From: Octopus bimaculoides
Lineage: Eukaryota
DNA length: 64,000 nucleotides
Assembly: GCF_001194135.2 (NCBI RefSeq)
Contig: NC_068984.1
Location: 86,979,241-87,043,240 of the forward strand
Reading direction: 5' to 3'
Of the stretch, positions 15,099 to 28,200 are shown piece after piece. The position numbers and the translations under genes were made by a program. Under the pieces are notes generated by a model. It saw only the letters and a program-made list of their open reading frames with translations. It did no database searches and had not been told where the DNA came from. The stretch's first letter is position 1, and each line of letters begins with the position of its first letter.

Positions 15099-18000
15099 GT
15101 ATAATTACAACCCTAATGAAAAGTCATTGATATCAGGTGCAAGGGAAAGAGCTCATGAAGTTTCAATCAGCTAAAAATTCTGAAAACATTTTGAGCTTTA
15201 TTAGACCTCCTCTGCAATGTACAATTTGCTCAAGGGCTGCCAACATCTCAGAACAGATACAAGTTTTTAATATAAAGAACATTTGCAATGTGGCAAATTA
15301 AAATAATAACCTCATAAAATCAATAAAAAAAAAACATTGCTTGGAAACAGATTAGGGCTGGTGACAGGAAGGACATCTGGCCATAGAAAATCTGCCTCAA
15401 GAAATTCTGTCTGATCCATACAAACATGGAAAAGTGAATGTTAAATGATGATGACGATGACATGAAATACATTTGATCAGAAGAAATATACAATAAGATA
15501 AATGATTCTGTAGAAGGGATTAAATATAACATTAACGTGTTAGAGTACTGAACAAATAGAAAATAATTTTGTAATTTAACTGTTATAGAGATAATAGTAA
15601 CAATGAGAACCCCTCCCACATGACAAGTGGTATGTGCTAGTCAGTACAAATACTGTGATGTAGGAAGTTAAGAAAGGGTCAGTCGGAATGTCAGTCAAAG
15701 ATAGATAGTTATGTCTTTACTAGTCTAACTAACAATACTGCTATATTGGTGTGGGCATTACAACAGTGGCAGCAAGGAATTAACAAACTCACAAGGAGTT
15801 ACAAAACTCACAAAAGTTTTTTGTGTGAATTTTAGAGTATACAAAATTGTAAATTATGAAAGAATTGTTGGCCGGTTTGCTTGAGTTGCAAAAACAGCAT
15901 ATAATAGAAAGAAATAGTATAGCAAATACACTGAAGAAATCTTACCTTGTGGCTTCATTAAAGAATTTTGGCTTTCTTGCATTGGTGATGACAACATCAA
16001 AAAGGCTTTGCCAATCAGGACCAACAATATAGCGCATGCCAGCATCTCTAATAGAAAAATGTTTAGTTGTAATTAGCAAAACTGAAAGCTACACAAAAAA
16101 TATCCATATTTAAATGTAGTTAGCTAAATTAAACTGTTAATACTAAGTATAATAACAAACTCACACAAAAGGAAAGCCGCTGTTTGTAATAAGAAATAAT
16201 TTTTTGTTAGCTTCAGTCAATCGTTGTAACAACATCAACACTTCAGGGCCTTTAACTAAATATTTCCCTAAAATTGAAAAAATACAAAATTCATTAAAAT
16301 TGATAAAATTTTGAAAATGCAAATTATAAACTACACTTTAACAAATAATTATAAATTTCTTCATAAAATTGTGGGAAAAAAATGAAATTAAAAAAAGGAA
16401 TTATTTTTTACATATTATCATTAACAGGAACATTTGTTTTCCATTTCTGTTGGGGACTGATACAAGAAAAAAATGTATAAAAACAAAATAATGATAATAA
16501 TAAATCACGAAAATAATATAACTTGGAATCCATAACCACTCATTAACCCTTCTCCTGTCCAAAGTATTTTCGTAAGCTTATCTTAAACATTTATGCTTGT
16601 TTCCCAACTTTTAGTTAGTCCTTGTTTTATACATTCTGCATAATATAAAGCTTTCCTTTTGTAAGTCCCAAGTTACTCTTGTATAGTTTAAACCACTACA
16701 CTAATGTTATGTTCTTTTCTTCATATTCAAAGATGATATTAATCACTAAATTAGATTTTCTTTAATCATTCACTATGATGACCACACAAATACAAATCAT
16801 AGTTCCTGTGATATTTTGTGACACAATCCATCAACATTCATCATCATTTTAATGTCCACTTTTCCATGATTGCATGGGTGGGACAGAATATTTTTTCGAG
16901 GCAGATTTTCTATGGCTGGATGCCCTTCTTGTCACCAACCCTCACCTATTTCTGAACAAGGTAATATTTTGTAGACATATTTTCACATAATATTGAAAAT
17001 GAATGACTTTTATTTACAATAACCACATGATGTCAAAACAAGGAAACATAAACACACACACACTTATATATATATGCACACACACACACACACAGATATA
17101 TATGATGGGCTTTTTTCAGCTTCTGCCAACCAAATCCACTCACATGGCATTGGTTGGCCTAAAGTAGAAGACATTTGCTTCAATCAAATCGTCCATCCCA
17201 TGCTAGCATGAAAGGCGGACGTTAAACGATGATGATGATGTGATGAAATAACAAACAAGTGTTGTTTTTGCAGACGTACTCAATAAGAAGAAATAAAATT
17301 ACTAAAAACAATTTAACAATGGAAATATAAAAATAACAGTTTTATCTACTCAGAATTAAGATTTACTTATTAGCAACTGTTTAGCTGCAAGTTAGGTGTG
17401 ATAATCTTGTCCTTTCAAGCATTGTATGCCTAAGACTACATTATCTAATATATCACTTCCTTTTCAAGAAAACTAAGGTTTCATTTGATGGAGATTTAGC
17501 TGCTACATCTAGCAAGTTGGGTGATCATATTGATGCTCTTTTATAAGCTTGAACAGAATTTAGTAATGTTTATATGTGAAGAATAGAATGAAACTTACCA
17601 ATATTAGACATGATTTCTTGATGTAGCTGACCAGATAAGTGAATGTCTTGTACTGCAGACTATAAGAGAATGGGCAAAATGAAGCTGTAAGAATGGTTTT
17701 AGTTATAAATTTTAGTTATCTTAACCATCTTCACAATAATTACCAAAGAAGAAGCCAGCCAAGGAGTTATCTCACCAAATAACTTTCTTCTATTATAAAC
17801 AACTCCAGCAATAACGGATGATAATTTCTATGTATGAAAATAGAGTTACTTTGTATAAAGGATGGGATATAGATTAGCTTGACTGGGTTATGTTCCTCAT
17901 GCATATTTAACCCTTTTTTATATCATCTTTGGTTGAATACATATGGAATGAATACAAAATCCTAATTTAATTGGTTCACTACTAAAGTATTGAGTTCTAT

Positions 18001-21000
18001 GTCAGATGTTTGCAATGAGTAAAGTATAATATTTGTTTTTATATATAGTTATGTATAAAAAGAGTCAACCATTAATTGAAGGCTCATACCAAACATGTAA
18101 GTAAAATATTACATTTATTTTTACAAAGAAAATTTGACAGTGACTTAGAAGTTTTATTGGTTGATGGCTTCATCATAGCTAATGACTGAACTTTTTCCTC
18201 GCAAAAATGAATACACACACACATGTAACAATGCCACCCATTTATTCAAGCATTGTGGCATAGTTTTAGCTGACAGGATACTGCTATGCAGGTTGATCAT
18301 TTGGCATTTCATCTTTGCACTTCTAATTCTAAACTCTAGCTTCACCATTTATTGGTATGAATATGTGTTCCTTCTTCTACATAGAAATTCACACAAGAAT
18401 GACATAGTCCTTTTCCAAAATGTCACTGCCAAGATCTGTTATTGGAATTAGGTCTGTAACTGGAAGTATGAATGAACTGACAGCTCTCTTCCATCTATGA
18501 CTCTTCTTTCCTGATTCAAATGCAGTCAAATGTTACCAAAGAGAATCTTTATTTATGTTACTTCCACTAGCTAAAATAAACAAATTCTAATAAAGCTCCC
18601 TTCTACTAATACCAACACCCACCTTGAATTTACAAAGCAAACTTCAGAGTCTGGACATAAGTGATTCTAGTAATTTTCAGTAAATAACTTTGGTAATCTT
18701 GTCAAGAGTGAATGCCCGAACAGATCTGGTCTAAACTGAAGATTTTCAAACAACATTTTAAGTTCATTTTTTGACCAACAGAAATTTGACATATCTATCT
18801 TAAATATATATTTATAACTAGATATTCTCAACTATAAATACTTGCAACAAGAAAGTGAGACTGTTATTTTCCAGCTCAGTACTGTTTTGTGAAAAACTGT
18901 CAAAGCTAAATACTTTAAAGATGCCACATTTGAAAAATGACAAAATTGATAAACTATATTATACAAAGAAACATAAAAAAAAAGTGAGATAAGAAAGGAA
19001 AAGAAAGAAAAGAAAAGGGTGGGGGTAAAGAAAAGCAAACAAAAGAAATCAAATTATAAAAGTCAGTCAAAGCTAAAGAGATATTCAAAGTTACTTACTC
19101 GGACATCATGAAAGACATATTCAGGGTCAAAAGGAATACTGTTACGAAGGAAGTACTAAAAAAGAGAAAAAAAAAAAAAAAAAAAAGAATATTTTCAAAA
19201 ATGAGATATCAACAAAAACAAGACTTTAAAAAAATTTACTTTCAGCTAATTTGTTTCAACATTATGCAAAGGCATATTAGCTAAATTATCTCTGGTATCA
19301 GCTACATTACCTCCATTTTTATTTTAGGGTCCATTACATGGTTCTACTGACACAGATGGGTACAAGCATAGCTGTGTTTTGCCACCATGTGGTTTCAGAT
19401 TCGATCCAATGCCAAAGGACCTTGGGCAAGTGTCTACTACCATAGTTGTGAATTGACCAATGCCTTCATCATCATCATCATCATCGTTTAACGTCCGCTT
19501 TCCATGCTAGCATGGGCTGGGCGATTTGACTGAGGACTGGTGAACCAGATGGCTACACCAGGCTCCAATCTGATTTGGCAGAGTTTCTACAGCTGGATAC
19601 CCTTCCTAACGCCAACCACTCAGAGAGTGTGTGGTGAGCAGAATTTGCTAGATTGAAATTGTGCAGAAGGCTATCATATATGCATATATATATATATATG
19701 TAAGGACGACCGTGCGAACTCAAAAAGGAGAAATGGTGACGAATGGAAAAACAGAGGACTCCTTTTATTTAAACGCGTCACACGGTCGAACACAAAAATA
19801 ATATATATATCAAAGATGATATACAAATATGTTATACTACGATAACATAGATGACCAGTAATGAAAGACCACAACCGTATAAGATGAATAACAAAGATAT
19901 TTATTGTGGCATTAAAGTGTATGTCTGTGTGTGAGTGTGAATGCGACATATAAGAACATAATCAAAGACGGGCCATCGTACAAAGAAAAGTATGTATGTG
20001 AGTGATACATGTATGTGTATGTGAGATATTACAGCAGATAGAAAGAGAGTCAGTAACACGTGAGCATTTTATACCAGTTCTGAGTACACTATAGTATGAG
20101 TCTGTATGTGAAAGTAGTTGAGGCTGTGTGTGTCAGAGCTGATCACTAGTTGTGATGTTGTGGCATCGATGCCGGGCCGTGATTCTTGTTATACAGATGT
20201 TTGTCACTGGCTGAGATCTCTTGTCTGTTTATTTATCGTGGTGAAGCTAAGTCACCTAACAGAATCGAAGAGAGAGATGTGCCGCGGTGGTTTAGTTTGG
20301 TGTACATAGTAAGTCGTGTTGACGCTGGTGGAGATTGATGCTGGTTAGTAGTAATAGTAGAATCGTGTTGGTCATGACGATGATGCTGGTTAGTAGTCGT
20401 AGACTAGTGTAGCTGATGTGGCGACGGCGGTGGTCATCGTTGGACGAAGCTGTTGATGTGTCGCTGGCTGCCGCTGCTGCTGCTGTCGTGTGGTACACGG
20501 AACAGATCTCAAAGAGAAACTGAACCGAGACAAATTTGCTGGGTATGAGTTGATCTATTTATAGCGTTCAGGGGGGCTCCAAGACCGTAGTAGAAAAACA
20601 CTATCACATGACCTTATTAAGGGCTGTGATTGGTCAGTTTGCATTCTGGCGGGAATGGTTCGAAGAAGTTGCCGATTTGAATAATAATCAGTCACATGAT
20701 GACAAGGAATGGGTTCTCCACTACGCTCGCGTTTGTTTATATTTAAATGAGAAGAATGGCGATAGCAGTTTTGTATCTAATGGCGATAGGTAGTTTTGTA
20801 TGTAATGGCGATCGAGGTGTTAGTTTCACTACATATATATATATATATACAATATCTATTTTATGCACAACACAGCACAAATTAAAAGAACTGGAATAAA
20901 TTTAAATATTTCAAAACTGTGCCTTAAGTGAAATATGTGAACACATTCTTTCTATATTACAGATGTAGAAGAAAAAGATAATCTTTTGATCGACTGTTTC

Positions 21001-22208
21001 AAGGTTTGTTGAATGCTCCTCAGAGAAGTCATACATAGCTTCCTTCCTTAATTAATAGCACAGAGCATTCATCTACTATATAAAGCAGCCATAAATTCAG
21101 CTAGTACTGAGGTGGATAGCCTAGTTTGTATATATGTGGTAGCTCATCATTAGTTAAACAATATCTATTTTATGCACAGCATTCACATTATTTCACTTAA
21201 AGTAGAGTAAGGCTTAGTAGTATTTAAATTTATTTCGCTTCTGATTTATGTTGTATTGTACATTAAAATAGATGTTGTTTCCTCAGTTATGAAATACTTT
21301 AGAAGTACAATATGGATTTTTTCCTTTGCAACACAAAGTCAATTTTTGTAGATAAGAGTAAATCAACCCTGGTATATAACAAGTACTTTTTCTTATACAC
21401 TACAAAGGGATGAAATGCAAGGCAAACACTGGCACAATTTGAATACGTGTGTAAAACTTTACCATTTTTGTCAAATCACTGTACTGTGGAATGTAATTTG
21501 AAATACATTTTTCATTATTAAGAATTTCTGGAAAATTAATTTACAACTGTAATAAGTATTTAGTACAGTTATAAAGTAATAACAATATGTAATATACTGT
21601 AACTTATTAACAAAGACTTTGTTTATATATTGTATCAAAGGCCAGGAAAACCTCATTAAATTAATTTCACTTAGCATACAGGGAACTATTTCAAAGTAAT
21701 TTTGAAGTGACTACAGCAGAATACTAGCTAATTTGGTTAGTGTGGGATGGATTTGAGCCACCAACATAAGGATAAGGATTACTACGCTTTACCAACTGAG
21801 CCACCACAAACAAGATAATAATATATGAACAAGCATCAAAAGACTTTTACCTCAGTAACATTTGCTAACAGCGTAATTTCTGGAAGGGCAAACAGATCCA
21901 TCAATTGATGCATTAAACCCTGATAAAACAAAAGAAATTCAGGATAATCATTATAAAGTACATAAAATGTCAACAAAGATTTTATTTATATATTTTTTAA
22001 ATTTGATATTCCATTTTTCTCATGGTTTACTTACATATTAATGAAAAGAAAACAAGGAAACAAAAGAAAAAATTAATGATTGATATAGGCTGGATGATAA
22101 TTCATAAATGAAGTGATCTCTGAATGCTGAGCTCAAAAAGATACGATGAAGGAGTGTAGTAAGTAGTGAATAGACCTGACCAGCAAAGAAAAGTAGAGGT
22201 AAAAAAGA

Positions 22209-22239
<31 letters not shown>

Positions 22240-25200
22240 GTAGTAGTAGTAGCAGAGACAACAACAGTCTCTACAACTGTCACAGGGATGAATACTAATA
22301 ATTTTAATGTCGCACAAATATATCTTATGAAACAAAAAGGAAAACTACAACACTACATCAAATTCCTTGTCCTATGGTTAATCTGGAAGTGTGCCCCCCA
22401 GGAGAGAGCTGGTCTGAGGTTGAAAAGTCATCCATTGGCACAATCTCTTCTCTGAATACAAACTTGGCTGGTCACTTGAATAGGAACTGCCCCAACTTGA
22501 GCTCTCCAAGTCCACCACCACACCCACCACAGAAAGAAAAATGAAGAGGATCAAATGGACCCAAGAAGAGTATACAGAAGTAATATACACTGATTAATAT
22601 GCATTAGGCAGGCCATCTGAAGAGAAACACACTGTACACTCTTATCAAATAATGGAGAACATGAAATCAAGACAGCAGACTATATGTGGAAGAAAACAAG
22701 TAAGTAAATGTTAAGAGGGATATCTTCAGAAATAAAAGGTTCACAGATAGTGAAATAACAGCAATCAAACACATAGCAGAAAATGACCTAAATATAGGGC
22801 AGAAAGGAAATAAAGAACCAGATGAAGAGAGCAACTCTCCAAGAGTTTCAGTTGAAAGAATACCATCTGACCAGAAGATGCAAATGTCTGAAGAAATAAA
22901 TTGTAATGAACCTGATAAAGATAGTGAGGAAAGTGGTAAAGAAACAATATTAGAAGACTACACATCTACTGAAGAACATAGAGAGTCTATGATAGAAATG
23001 AAGCAGAAAATCCTGAATAAGCTTGCAGTTGTAAGACACACCAGTATGCATGATAGAGAAACACTTCATAAACTCTAAAATACAATCCAAAATAGAAAAC
23101 AAACTAAAATTTATGGAACAGAACAATATTTTCCCACTGAACAAAAAGGATGCTGATGAAGCTCTGATGGGTGCAAAGACCAACTCTTAATCAATTGCAT
23201 GATCCTTGAGAACTGTCATAACAGAAATCTCAGTTCCGCATAGATTGATTATAAAAAGGCCTTTGACAGCACACAGCATTCATGGATCTTGAAATCACAG
23301 GATATCTTTAAAATTTCTCCTGTGATTTCAAACTTCCTGAAGCACAACATGTCAATGTGGAATACAAATTTCCAGTTATACATCTGTAATGGAGTACTAA
23401 CCACAAAAAATATTAATATCAACTGCGGAATTTTCTAAAGTGACTCACTTTCACCTTCAGTTTTTTGCTTAGCCCTGATACCCCTTACAAGTGAACTTAA
23501 CAGAATAGGGTATGGATATAAAATTGGCGACAAAAAAATAAGTCATCTATTTTATATGGATGACTTAAAACTTTATGGCAAAGATGATAATGAGCTTGAA
23601 GGACTACTATGTACTGTGAAAGATTTCAGCGATGACATCGGGATGGAATTTGATCTTGATAAATGTGTCAAGGCCACTTTCCATAAAGGGAAATTGAAGA
23701 CCTCACATTCAGTGATGCTGGATGTTGACAGTCATAAAAGAACTTGAGCATGAACAAACTTACAAATACCTCAAAATAAATGAGGGCTCTGGCATTCAAC
23801 ATGCAAGTATGAAAGAGATCAGGAAGGAATGTTACAGGAGAGTTCAAGCAGTCCTAAAATCCAAGTTAAATGCATATAATAAGGTGTTAGCTATAAATTC
23901 CTTAGCAGTTCCGGTTGTTATTTACAGTTTCAATGTGTTGAACTGGAATATGAGTGAAATAAGGAAGATTGACAAAAAGATCCATAAGCTGTTGACTTGC
24001 AATAAGATGCACCACCCAAAGGCAGACATAGATTGTTTTTACCTACCAAGAGCTTAAGGAAACTGAGGCTTGATCCAATTTGAAATCTCTTACAAAACCA
24101 CACAATTGGCCTGGCAAAATATCTTGAAACATCTAATGACTGGATGCTAAAACTCATTGAAAACCATGAAAGATGTAAGAAACTTCATTCTGTTATGAAG
24201 GAGAGCAAAAAATTTTCAAGTGAGTTTATGCATAATATCCAGGTTGAACAGCATGATGGAAGTGCAACTGTAGTTGCAAAGAAAGTGAAATCAATAACAA
24301 AACAAAATACGTTTGAACAATTGACTGATAAGTGGGAACAAAAACCTCTGCATGACAAATATGTGACCTGTAGCAAACAAGGTAATGTAGACCAGAAGCA
24401 CACCCATCAGTGGCTACGGAGCTCAAGGCTAAAGGCAGACAGTGAAGGCTTTATCTTGGCAGCTCAAGAACAGAGCTTATTGACCCAGAACTATCAAGCC
24501 AATGTGATGAAAAATGTTGTAGACCCAAAGTGCCAATACTGCAACAATGAGATTGAAACAATGGACCACCTTATCTCTGAGTGCAAGGTTTTAGCACTTG
24601 TAGAATATAAATCAAGAAATGACAGAGTTGGCCAATATCTACATTGAATAATATGTCAGCATTATAAAATCAAAACTGGTACAAGCATCACCATGAGGCT
24701 GTAACTGAAGTAGAAAATGTAACAATTCTTTGGGGCTTTCCAGTATGTACAGACTGTACCATCAAAGCAAATAAACCAGATATTCCTGTGAAAGACCAAA
24801 ACAATATAGTATGTTTATTGATTGACAGAAGCATACCCTGTGACCATAATATCTTGGCAATTTGATAAGCTCAGAAAATATAAAGATTTGGTAATTGAAA
24901 TTGAAAAGATGTAGCATCTCAAAACAGTTACAATACCAGTGATTGTAGGAGCACTTGGAATGATCAAAAAAAGGAACTGAAAATTATTTAAAAATGAACT
25001 CTGGCTTACCATCCATGCAGGAAGTGCAAAAGATTATCTTAACTGGTACTTCACATGTACTGAGAAGAGTATTGTCACTGTGAATTTCCTTTTCTTTTTC
25101 CCCCCTTTATTTTCTTTGTTTACTTTTTTATTTTTTCTCTCTGTCTGTCATTCTTCCCCTTTTTCTCTATCACATGACTTTGTAAATGAACAATCTGGTG

Positions 25201-28200
25201 TGTTTATTTTAATGGCCTACCAATGTATAGTGCATTTCTCTGCCCTAGGTGTCATGAAGACACTCAGCAGAAAATGGAAACATAGTAGTAGTAGTAGTAG
25301 TAGTTCTAAATTATACATCTTAAGAGACCTAGCCTAAAATAGATACGAGCTAGCTGAATACTAAAATGACACCAGGTCCAATACTGGGTATGTCAAGTTA
25401 ATGGGTCACTGCTAAGCATTTAATTAGCTATAGTCTGCCTGATCAGAATTAAATAAGACTATTCTTCAACAAATAAAAAAAAAACACATCAACCTATTTA
25501 TTTTATATCACAGTTCGTAAACAATAATGTTGTTGGTTACAGGCTTCAAAGGGACTAATTGCTGATTCACTACATTCCTGGTGACAAGAATGACAAGGAG
25601 TACCTGTAACTTGGTGTATCCCAGGGTACTTCATTCCAAATGCATCAGCTTTCTATTGTTTCTTGCTAGAATTTATATCTTTCACCAATGTATATTGATG
25701 AAAGATACACAAACATACACACACATGTACAAGCACATGCATGCATACATACACACACACACATGTATGAGCACATGCATGCATACATACACACTTGCCA
25801 AAGGTGTAGCACAGTGGTAAAGAACACAAAACCATGTGATTGTGAAGTGAACTGTTTTACCACACAGCCATACTTGCACCCTGCATATTTAACTTGGTGG
25901 ATAATCGAATTAAAGAGGTTTCTTATGTAAAATAATTTATTCAGTATCTTATAGGACTCTAAGCAATAAGAAAGTTATTGAAATTAAGGTTTTATCTGAA
26001 TGACTTACCGTTCCATAGAAAGTATTCATACTCTCCAGCGGTACATGTGTGCCATCATATAGCTCCTTCACTTCCTCATCAACAACTGACCTCAGACCTC
26101 TGTAAAACAGAATACGAACATAAAAGAACATGTATTTAGGGTAGGACTAACATAAACAATATCACCAATAACAACAGCTGTAATTAAAAGTCATTGAAGG
26201 ATCTTCTACAGGGCTGCTCAAAATAAAGGCAAAGTTTTCCACAAATTACACCTTCTTGTTTCAAAAAATGGAAAAAGGATAATGTAGTCTTGGATATACT
26301 AGCTTTAAAAAAATGTGATGTCATGGCTGGACTATATTAGGCCATACATTTGCCTGACAAAGGTTAAGAAGAGGCTAAACAACAACAGTAATCTCATTAA
26401 AATTTAAAACCTTGTTGTATATACTTATCCTAGAGATAATTCTTTTGTTAATATCAAATAAAAAAACTCAATTCCTTTTCACATTGTATCAATATAGAAG
26501 AAGAAGAATTTTATATGAAATGCTGGCACCAGAAGACAGAACAAAGGTCTGTTGCAATAACAATAAATGACACTTTCAATCTTTTTTCCTCAAGATTAGT
26601 TATGTGTAAAGTTTCCAAACTTATTTTGACATATCATCCACCATAGGATTTTCCAAAAATTGCAGAACTCATATCTATATTTTATAGACAACCCTTATCA
26701 CCTTAATTTTAATAAATAATAATTAAACTAAATACAAAATATTTTAAACAGAGAAATTTATTCATAAAAAAAAAAAGGTATATTATAATGTATTACTTCA
26801 TTAAATTTGATTAAAAGACATTTTATCTTGCAGATTGAATCTTCTTTGAGAAACACTGGTCTAGAGGAAGATAGGAATGTGATGTGCCCATAGTTTTCAC
26901 AGGCCCTCCAAAAGAGGTGAGGAAGTTGATGCATGTCTTGATAAACTGCACGTTGATGACCGGAGTGAATGGGGGAGAAAGAGAGAAAGAGATTGGAGCT
27001 CTTCTCTAAGATTATTGCTTGCATATAAATGATGCTGTAAATACCAATATTACCATCTTTAGTTGTGGATTCAAGTTAGCTGAATCAATGACAAAAAAGT
27101 GTTTTGGTTTAAAAACAATCTCCCCTACATGAATCCTCAAATTTCCCTCTGGAATCCTGAATCCTACTTCAAGGAGAAATTTCTTCAAGGTTAAGAATTG
27201 TAGGATGAGGTGTCATGAGCATTTTCTTTTTCTTATTGGGTCCGAAGGAAGGGAAAATGTCCATGGGCTTCAAAGGCCCTCTTAGAACAGTGATATTAAT
27301 CATTGATGTTCTCAAACCTTTGCATATCAACACCTGTGGCAAAGGTATGGAGCAAGGAGGGAATTCCAGGGAGTTTGATAGTCTGGAAATGAAGGACTAG
27401 GTGTAGTGATTAGTGTAGGGCCTGGAAGACTAGATATAACAAAAGGTGATGAAAGGTGAAGGAAAGATGAGTCCAGTCGTTTCCAAGGAGTAGAGGCCAA
27501 TACAACACTGGAAGAAAAGGTAGAGAGGAGAGAGTGAACTATGAGCCAAGAATTTGAATGCGTCTTTGAGTGATTTTACGCAGGTGACAAATACAAAGCA
27601 TCTTAAGACATTAACAATCTAATGTTAATTAATACGAGAAAATAGTAGATTTGGGGAGATTCTGTATGTTCACTCAGCCTTCTAGTCCACCAGCCACAGA
27701 ACTAGTTAGTTGATACACAGGAACTCCAAATCGTCTTCCATTAAAGTTTCTGTCTCCAGTTCTTTCTTGTTGTATGTGTTAATAAATACATCTCTAAACC
27801 TACTGCTTTTTCTACTTCCAAGTTTTCCTTCTACCGGTTGTCTTTGGTCTCTGAGTTTGTCTACCTCTTACTCTGAAGTCACTAATCATTAATCTATGTT
27901 AGGTAATACACTCTTCATTAGGGAAACATCTAATATTCACAACCATCTATCCATTCCTTTTCCTGGTGAGTAAGAAGTCTATCTGGCTTCTGTATTTACT
28001 TGACTGGTAAGTATCAGGCAGCTGCTAGCTTCCTGAAGTTAATGTTGCATACGGTTAGACCATCTGTATCACAGAACTCTGGGAGTTTTGAACCCTCTTC
28101 ATTCCATATCCTTCATGTATGCCAAAGAAGCTTTTGTGATGGTCAACATTTCTCTGAATTTGTCAGCAGCAATACTGAGGTTGCAGTCATTTGTTTTGGA

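Noticed and set aside
18150-18800. Minus-strand stretch with exon-like look ([18 protein letters not shown]..., ...HRWKRAVSS...) and a possible 50-bp intron
   Set aside because: Multiple stops in every frame and no family I can recognise; NT5DC needs no exon here. A tBLASTx search would be needed to revive it.
20962-21003. Plus-strand AG...GT bounded micro-exon ([14 protein letters not shown])
   Set aside because: No partner exons found on the plus strand; consistent with chance.
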